A DNA stretch of 64,000 nucleotides from Octopus vulgaris (lineage: Eukaryota): contig OX597838.1 of NCBI GenBank assembly GCA_951406725.2, positions 44,826,001-44,890,000 on the forward strand, read 5' to 3'. The notes under the pieces were generated by a model, which was not told the origin of the DNA, searched no databases, and saw nothing but the letters and a program-made list of their open reading frames with translations. Shown piece by piece: positions 55,371 through 64,000 of this stretch (its first letter is position 1; every line of letters begins with the position of its first letter). A program made the translations under genes and the position numbers.

Positions 55371-55408
<38 letters not shown>

Positions 55409-55509
55409 CAATAGTACCTCGGTTCTCGAACAACTCTGATTACAAATAAATCGTGCTGTAATCACGATTTATTCGTGATCAGAGTTGTTCGAGAACCGAG
55501 GTACTATTG
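55409..55509. repeat. palindrome with Tigger/pogo-like terminus, mirrored (GT)n/(AC)n flanks
   Basis: caatagtacctcggttctcgaacaactctgat..aataaatcgtg / cacgatttatt..atcagagttgttcgagaaccgaggtactattg. Confidence 0.85.
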
Positions 55510-55512
55510 CAT

Positions 55513-55587
<75 letters not shown>

Positions 55588-56447
55588 AATGTAAAAAAAT
55601 ACAAACTGGGACAAGAACGTGAAACATTTAGAAGACGATACAAAAAACACGGACGGGACATTCGAAGCCTTCAATCTTCAGTCAAGAACTGGATCATCTT
55701 CGCAATTTCGGCTGATTAATATATATATATATATATGCCCTACTACTTGCATATAAACTGTCTGATCGACATTAGAATGGAGGTAAAATGAAACAAACCT
55801 GAGAAGCATTTAGAACGGTTGGTTACGTAATTACGCATTTTTTTCTCTCATTTCATAAATCTGCACACCCACCGTCTATCATACCAATAATAGAGATTTC
55901 TAACACTGAGATACGTCTTCTTGCATCAGGTTGTGTATGGTTTGTTACATCGAAGTCTGTACCTGCTACGTACTCATTGTATTGATCACAGAAGTATGAA
56001 AGGTAAAGTCGACCCGGGTCGTAAAGAACGTAGAGTGACCTGACTAAACACTGGTCTTTGAACTGAGGTTAGTAGTAATCGTTAGTATACACTTGGATGA
56101 CCTCAGAAACAGTGACTATGGACAGCCATTCATTCATTCGTTGCCGTTCGTGTTTTGTCCTGTCAGCTTGGCTTCATTCGGCAAGCCGAACTCTACTTAG
56201 TGTTTGAGACAACGTTTTCTATAAGTCGATCAGAAGAATAACCAGGAGTGAATATCTGTTGATGTGTGTTTCTTTGGCTGGAAAGTAGAATACAAGACGA
56301 GAGGAAAAGGTTTTGAGGCGGCAGAGCAAAACAGAAATAGGAAGGGAGAGGAGGAAGGCAGGGAGGGAGAGAGAGAGAAAATGAAACAAAAAATTGATGT
56401 TACATGGAGGAGAGAGATAGGAGTATGATGTCAGAGAAAGGGGGAGT

Positions 56448-56485
<38 letters not shown>

Positions 56486-57300
56486 GTGACTAAATAGTGA
56501 AAGGGAACGAATATGGTAAAGAAATGAGGGGGAAAATGAGTATTGAGAAATGGTGGGTTAATGTGAGGGGGAGAAAAAGTAAAATGACGACATGGAGTTA
56601 TTGAAGAATGAAGAGAGAAACTGGTAGAAAAGAGAGAAAAAGTGGGAGCTAAAGGAAAAGTTATAGTAGAAAGAAAAAAGAGAAAGAGAGATGGAAGTAA
56701 ATGACTGGATCATGTTAGAGGAGGGGATGAGGATATACATTTTAGAAAGTGGGAGGATATTAGAATATGAGAGAAAAACGCGACGTTCTCGGCTGAAATA
56801 AGAGAAACGAATGGAAAAAAGTAAAGAGAAAAGCGAAAACGTTGTACGAGATTTATCGTTGGTTTATGTTTATATCTTTTTTATAATATAATTTTCATTT
56901 GATTTCAATTTAAGCGTCATATTAAATGGTTTAACCTGAACGTGACACCGTACTTCGTTTGTTAATTCAGGCTCATCAAGGAAGAAGAGAGTCTGTGCGC
57001 CTGTGGGTATAACAAGAGTTTAAATATAGCCTTTAGACTATTCAACGATATTAGCGGTGTTGTAGTAAGGCCATAAATAAACCAGGCACTGTTGTTGATT
57101 AAGGAATGACATCCCTGGAGCGGACAGTAACCATAAGTTTGCAGTATGTTCTCTTCTCGCGTACAATATTTTACCAACATAGAATAATTACAATGTATTG
57201 GCGTATATACGAGTCTTAACTAATATGATATCGTGGTTAGCAGATTCGTTTACTTGTACAACGACGCAATCAAATCGCACATAAATAAATAAATATATAT

Positions 57301-57866
57301 TCTTCTTCTTCTTCTTCTTCTTCTTCTTCTTCTTCTTCTTCTTCTTCTTCTTCTTCTTCTTCTTCTTCTTCTTCTTCTTCTTCTTCTTCTTCTTCTTCTT
57401 CTTCTTCCCGGACTCACGCCATTAGCCACAAAGAATAATCTCTAATTCGACCCTACTCTAAGCTACTAAGGATGCGTGTGGCAACTTGAAGATCCACCCA
57501 GCACACGCGATAGACTGGCGCTTGCACGGGCGCGAAAGCTACGTTGTTATCCTCATTACGTAAACGGTGGCTTTTAACGGGTGGAGAGCTGAACCATCCT
57601 GGGGTACAGAGGATTCGCAATCTAGACAAGGGTCTGAAAGTTTTACCAAACCATAGTTACACGATGGTTCCTCTGCTTTGTTGTAGAAGTAGAAAGAAAG
57701 AGTGAGAGAAAGTTGTGGTGAAAGAGTACAGCGGGGTTCACCCCAACCCCGCTGGAGCCTCGCGGAGCTTAGGTGTTTTTGCTCGCAATGCCCGGCCTGG
57801 GAATCGAAACTGCGTTGTTAACACCGCTAGTCTGCTGCCCTAACCACTGGGCCATTACGCCTCCAC
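57301..57866 (-). mobile_element. SINE (head C + long tail Y) with (AAG)n tail
   Basis: Collinear with 30377-30702 plus ~140 bp of extra 3' sequence; (TTC)n at 57301-57406. Confidence 0.88.
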
Positions 57867-57867
57867 T

Positions 57868-58402
57868 AAAAGCTGATGTTGAGGAGATCAAGAAAGCTTC
57901 ATACTGGCGGCTCAAGAACTAAGCTTGTTTACCAGAAACTACAAGGTTAATGTCCGAAAACGATGCTGGCCTAAAACGTAGTTTCTACAACACATTTGAT
58001 GAAACAATAGACCATGTTGTTTCGAGCTGCCCTGTGCCAACACTAAACGAATATAAAAATCACTGTGGTGGGGTAGGACAGTATTTACATTGGAAAATAT
58101 GTAACCATTATCAAATCGACACTCCTGCTAACTAACATGAACACCATCCTGAGCTTGTGGTTGTAGGTAAAATGATCACCATCATCTGGGAATTTCCGGA
58201 CAACGCCTATAGAACAATCCAGATAATTGACCAGGCGTTATTATTAAAGACAGGGAAGAAAATACTTGTAAACATACAGATGTAAGTGTACCTACTGATG
58301 AGAATACTTATAATTTGACAACCTTCGTAAATACAAGGAAATTGAATTACAAAAGATGTAGCGTCTTAAAGCAAGAACTGTCCCTACTATTGAAGATGCT
58401 CT
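57868..58402 (+). mobile_element. decayed R4/Dong-like LINE fragment (zinc knuckle + RLE)
   Basis: FILAAQELSLFTRNYK..DETIDHVVSSCP..EYKNH..VGQYLHWKIC..EHHPE..IIKDREENTC..DVSVPTDEN..KYK. Confidence 0.8.
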
Positions 58403-58404
58403 GT

Positions 58405-59299
58405 GAGAACTATTCTATCTCCGATCAGTGAGAACACCAGCGTAAAGATAAGGCGTAACACAAAAAGAAACATCAGAAAAATCGCTTCAGAAATTGGTAG
58501 AGGCTCTGAGACTATGCATAATTTGTTGAAAAATGATCTTCAGTTATTCCAATGCAAGATATCAAAAGATATCAAAAGCCACAAAGAAAACAAGAAAACA
58601 AAGAGCAAAGATTCTTCTGCGAAAGCTGAGAGATGGCAGACGGCCACCAGTACTGTACACAGATGAAAAGTTATTCAATGTGCAAGAGGGGTCTCAATCC
58701 ACAAAATGATTGTATATATGCAGTAAATAAAGAGGACATTCATGTGGAACAAAGATTATTCTTTCGGCTGAAGAAACCTACATCCATAATGGTGTAGGCT
58801 GGTGTGACTGCATGAAAGCCCCTCTAGTCTTCATTGAAGAGGGTATAAAAATCAACCAACATGTTTATTTCGACATGTTAAAGGATAAAGTAGTCCCTTA
58901 GGATTTTGCAACAATGAGGGACGAAGGTGTAACTCTCCAACAAGATGGCAAAACATCTCATACGGCTAAAGCGATCAGAGAATGGTGTCAAGAGAATTTC
59001 AAGGCATTCTGGCCGAAAAAGCTGTTCTCACCCAACCCACTCTTCACCCAATTTGAATCCGATGGATTTTGGTATATGATCTATCCTTGAGAGCAAAGCC
59101 TGGCTCAGAGCTCTTTAACCCCATTTGCGAAAATGCTGGGACGATGTCTCCCAAGTTGTTCCCAGACTCCCGCAGTTATTCTCCTTAATATATCACCTTA
59201 ATTCATATTTGGGTTCTATTTGAGCTTATCTAAATTCGATCATTTTTGTATCGAGATGTTAGTTGAATAAATATGGTTACATTTCGTCTGATCACCTTA
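58405..59299 (+). mobile_element. decayed Tc1/mariner (DD37D-like) transposon, 3' part
   Basis: VLYTDEKLFNVQE, NPQND, KKPTSIMV, LVFIEEGIKINQHVY, LQQDGKTSHTAK, SSPNLNPMDF; ends atcaccttaTA. Confidence 0.8.
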
Positions 59300-60939
59300 T
59301 ATATATATATATATACACATACATATTCACACACACACACACATTTCTTTTACTTGTTTTAGTCATTAGACTGCGACCATGCTGGGGCAGTATGACTTTG
59401 TACTTGTGATTGTCCCCCATCCCCGCTTCACAATCGGTGTTAGTTTGTTTATATCCCAGTGACTTAGTTGTTCAGCAAAAGGAAGAATAAAACCAGTAAG
59501 AGACTTAAAAATAAATCCTGGGGTCTGTTTGTTCGACTAGGCAGTTCGAGTTGGTGCCCCAGTATGGACGCAGGCCAATGAATGAAACAAGTAAGAGGTA
59601 AAAAGCAAACGGTAATTACGTCATATGTAAAGCAGATTTCAGTATATCGTGACGTCACAGATGTAGCGATTTTTCGGTGATGCGATGAGAACCGGTAGCA
59701 TCACATCCGACAGACCCTCAACGACTCACTAAGTGTTGACGCTTCCACACTCAGATTCCTCGATGCAAACCGCATCATTAGCATATGAATATTATTATTC
59801 CTTTATGTTAATACAACACAACTACTATAAAGTGTTCGTGAATAACGTAAGACAGCGCATCTTCTAAGAGTTAACTTAAGTAGAACGACATTTAAATGAA
59901 TCAAAAATCAATATTAACACATTTAAAATTTGCTGGTAATAAAATTTGTAAAGATTGTGTTAAGTTTCACCGATTTTCTTAATAATAGCTCGATAAACTC
60001 AGCACAAACCGTTTCCACTTTGATTGTTATTAGATTTCTATCATGGAATTTCATAAGACAATACTATTATGTTTTAGCGTTCTTCTTTAATACATTCTTA
60101 GCTGTGTCAAATCAGAAATCAGCAACACTTGTGAAGATAAAAGCTGGCTGCGCATGGTTAAACAGATTTCTATTAAAGTGATGTTTAACACTATCAGACA
60201 GCTCATGCACGTAATTCTCAGAGGTTAAATGCTTGTTTACACATCTAATCTCAGATCATCGTTTGTAGCTTCCATGTTATAGCAGGCGACTGCGTTACCG
60301 TCCATTCGATGCATTCATATATCACACTCTAATAACTATTTGGTATTTCTCTAATAATGGGCTAATTGTGATTAAGCACGCACACACACACACAAACACA
60401 CCCACCCATATATATATATATATAGATGTCCTTATCTTTAAAGAAGATTAGAAAGGCGGAGCTGTGATGTTTAAGCAACTCCAAAAGACATCTGAAGCGC
60501 GATGGGCGAAATGAAAAAGGAAGAGAGGTAATTAACTCTTCATAGACTCTGGTTACTTATCGATACTCTTCGATCTAATGCTCTCTTTGCTGTTAAGGTG
60601 TTTACATTGATTCCCTCATTTCTTTTTCGCCGATCAAAATATTCAGATTTATTCGTTGTCATTCACTGAAGCGATCGAAGTCACTGAATTGTAGCAGATA
60701 ACACATCATTAAAGCTGTTTATGTCATGTGTACAATGGAGCCCATGAGGGAGCGTATACATGTTCGCTAGCCTCTCAGACATAACAGTCAAATCTTCTTC
60801 AAGTCATAACCTACAACTTTCAAACACGGTAAAACCCAGTGAAGGATGCAGCCTAAAATAGATATAATATCCCAAAATGTGTTGGGATAGTCATTCAGTT
60901 TGCACACGAGTGATCATAGCATTAATACTGGTTTTAAAT

Positions 60940-61125
60940 TTTGACACAAAGCTAGCAATTATAGTTGGCAGGAGTTTACTCAATTACATTGACCCCAGTG
61001 CTCAACTAATACGAGATCAGGAAATGCAAAGTCGAACTCGGTAGCATTTGAACTTAGAGTGGAAGACAGGAAGAAACGCTTAGCATTTTTATCCAGTACG
61101 ATAACGATTCTGCCAGCTCCCTGCC
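60940..61125 (-). mobile_element. SINE family B, decayed
   Basis: gaccccagtgctcaact..caaagtcgaactcgg..taacgattctgccagctc. Confidence 0.7.
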
Positions 61126-61777
61126 TTAATAAGAAGCTTAGATAAAGGCTAACAACTACAACAACAATAACAGCATCATCATCATCATCAACAACAACAA
61201 CAACAGCAACAACAACAACAACATTTGCATGATGTTTTCGGAGGTAAATAATGGTATATCTTCCGAGACCTTCAGTTTTCGAGAGCATATTTTATAATAA
61301 TATTTTTCAGAAAACAAAGTTGAATGTGCTATTTTTTCCTCCTCTTAGATATATTATTCTGTACCGTCAAAGAAGTGCAGGCAAACCCAATCAGAAAACT
61401 CTGAGTTCCACAAAAAAGAAAAACAAATAAAAAAAAACACTGAAATAGATTGCTTTAGGCTTGAGGAAATTACTCTGTGTGTAATTTAGTTGAATCAACA
61501 CAATAAACTGTAGACACATTTTCTGCACATTTTCTACAAGAGTAGTATCGATAAACTGAATCGATAGAGCGCCGGACCAAATGTTTTGCGGTGTTAAATT
61601 AGTGACCTTTACGATGTTCGTCCAGATTTGTATTATTGTTTCTGTATTAGAAATTGATCTATAATAATAAAGTAAACACTGCATAGCAAGAGGTGAACGA
61701 GCAATAAGCTAATATCGCAACGCAGTTTCAATCTTCATTTAATTATGCTTATTCGTTTAATATGTCACACACACAAG

Positions 61778-61839
61778 GCGGCGAGCTGGCAGAAAGGTTA
61801 GCACGCCGGGCGAGATGCATGGTGGTATATCGTACGTCT
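61778..61839 (+). mobile_element. SINE family B head, interrupted
   Basis: GGCGGCGAGCTGGCAGAAAGGTTAGCACGCCGGGCGA.., stopping before the B box. Confidence 0.75.
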
Positions 61840-64000
61840 GTTGCTGAAAAGTTATTGTTGGAGTGTGTTCGTAAGTTTCTATTAATTGTTATATTTCTTG
61901 TTGTGACTATTGTTGGACTTATTGTTGAAAAAGTTGTAGTATAGTTTTCTTTCGAAAGCTATTTCTGGGGGGAAACATGAATTGCCGGCAGGATGCCGAA
62001 AAGTTCGTGTTTTTCGTCGGGGGACGAATCGATTGAAGGAGAAGCCAGGAAAATTGAAAGCTTAATTTTTGACAATGTTTCTGATGTGTCGGAAAGCGAA
62101 TTTCCAACGTTACCAAGAGTTACGAACACCGATAGGAAGACAGAAAAAGGGACCATCCAAAATGAAGAAAAGAAAAGTTTTGCGTCAGCGGCTGGTGGTG
62201 GAACGCGACAACTGTCAGCTGGCATAAAAGAATTATCAAAATTTCAGGTCCATCACTCTTTTAAACGCAGAAGTGAAGATTTTGGTCAAGGTCTTAGCAA
62301 AAAGGTTGGCGATTGTCGCGAATGGTATAGCCGGGGAGGCACAGACATGTGCCATCGCAAGAAGAACCATTCAGGATACTCTCCATCTTATTCGCTATAC
62401 CATAGAGAGGGTTGGTAATAAATCTGGCAAAGGTGGGGCATTGGTGCATTTGGACCAGTCTAAAGCTTTTGGTAGGGTTGACGATCGATACCTGGCGACT
62501 GTGCTTGCGCAGTTCGGCCTGGGCCTTGGCTTTCTCAGGTGGTTTATCGCTTTGTACCACAACATTGACTCAATAGTTCGGGTGAACGGTTTCCTTTCGA
62601 AGTCATTCTGCATCAGACGCTCGGCTCGTCAAGGATGTCCGCTTTCACCACTTTTGTACGTGATGGCTCTCGAGCATTTACTGCGAAGGTTGAGTGGCAT
62701 CCCGAGAGAACCAGGACTAGAGGAGTTTGTTACGGCTTATGTGGATGATATCACTATCAGCGTAACCTCGGCAGCACGCCTACGTGAAGTGGGTAAGACT
62801 ATTGAGGCTTACGAGAAGGTGGCAGGAGCAAAGATTAACCGGGAAAAGTCAGTCGGCTTGTAGCTCGGCACCTGGGTTGGCAAGTCGATGCCTTCAGACA
62901 GCGTTGTTATGCACTGGACGGAGAGACCGGTTAAGTTGCTGGGAGTTTGGTTTGGACCAGGCCTTCAGATAGAGAACTGGACGGAGGTATTGAGCAGGGT
63001 GGCTGCAGTAGTCAAGACCTGGTCTTGGCGGTGGCTATCCCTGAAAGGGAGGGCGGAGGTGGCCAATGTTTTTATCGCATCGGTCATTATCTACCGCCTG
63101 ACCGTTGTTCCCTGTCCGGATTCGTGGTTGATCAGGTTGGAGAGACAGCTCTTTCACTTTTTGTGGAAGGGCAGGTCGCCACTTGTGAAACGCTCTGTCT
63201 GCTGTCAAAAGCCTTTAAAGGTGAGGCACCTCTGGATTCTCCTGAATAGTGAACGGGTGTGGTCCCTGCTGGCCAGACAAATGTTCCCTGAGTTCAAGAA
63301 TTTTCGCGAACAGGAAGCCTGGTGTTCCCGTAGACCGAGGTTGAGTGAATGGCATAAAGAGTTCTGTGAGGCCCTCTTGCTATTCCGGCGCTCGGCAACG
63401 CCAGCGGTTGTGGTTCCACACGGATTTTATATAGTGGGTTGGTAGAGTCTGAATGCAACGATGGCCTGGGGTCGACTCTAGGCCTCGGATTTATTCAACT
63501 GGACAGCCTGTTTCACCGTACATTCGGGTTGAGAACGTTGGACAACTTCCAAAAGTCCTTAACCTGCCAATGCTACAGAGGTGCCTTGCCCGTTTGGGAT
63601 AAGCTCGCAAGACATGGTAAATGTCAGTCGCCGACCTGTCCAAGATGCGGGGGTGGGGGACAGGGAAACCGTCCCTCACGCTATTGTTCAGTGTCCGGAG
63701 ATAACTGAAATGTGGGCTTATGCTGAACACCTGTTGTCCGGCGAAGGAAAAGTATAGCTGTCGACTGAGTCAATTATAAAAATTGACCCACCGGGAGTTC
63801 TAACGAACGAAGGAAAGAATTGTTTTCTCACGGTTGTAGCAATAGCAAAAGAGGCTGTACGGAAGACGAGGATAAAAGGAATTAAGGCAGGCAACTTTAT
63901 CTCTGGTCACAATTTACGATCATTTTTTTTCTTTTCATTTGAAAAGGAAACTGTGGCTGGAGAAGAGGTGTCTGTCGGAGTGTACGTTCCAAAATAGATG
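61840..64000 (+). mobile_element. Tx1/L1-clade LINE, pseudogenised, runs off the window end
   Basis: RT motifs NFRSITLLN..KILVKVLAKRL, LDQSKAFGRVD, RQGCPLSPLLY, AYVDD, GAKINREKS, KLLGVWF, LSLKGRA and a later CPRC zinc knuckle; stop at 62861 and frameshifts. Confidence 0.9.

Overview
Eukaryotic, AT-rich, microsatellite-saturated DNA. The tRNA-derived SINE families and the extreme (TA)n/(TAA)n/(TACA)n load point to an octopod (Octopus-like) intronic or intergenic region; this is an inference from recognised repeat types. No host protein-coding gene can be supported, and almost all listed ORFs are microsatellite read-throughs. Identifiable content: a near-complete DD34D mariner with TIRs (5197-6431), three decayed Tc1/mariner elements, a non-autonomous Helitron, several RLE-type (R4/Dong-like) LINE fragments in (TAA)n arrays, an RTE 3' end, a Tx1/L1-clade LINE, and more than 25 SINE copies with shuffled head/tail modules. 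The most interesting signals are: (1) several unrelated short elements lodged in (TA)n tracts that carry Penelope-type minimal type I hammerhead ribozymes, with covariation visible between copies, and that repeatedly form fold-back palindromes, two of them breaking inside the ribozyme; (2) a 556-bp non-coding element found only in (TAA)n arrays; (3) an apparent target-site duplication of at least 160 bp around a Dong-like insertion; (4) a candidate HDV-like ribozyme at a LINE 5' end. All structures were read by eye, and coordinates of decayed repeats are approximate.
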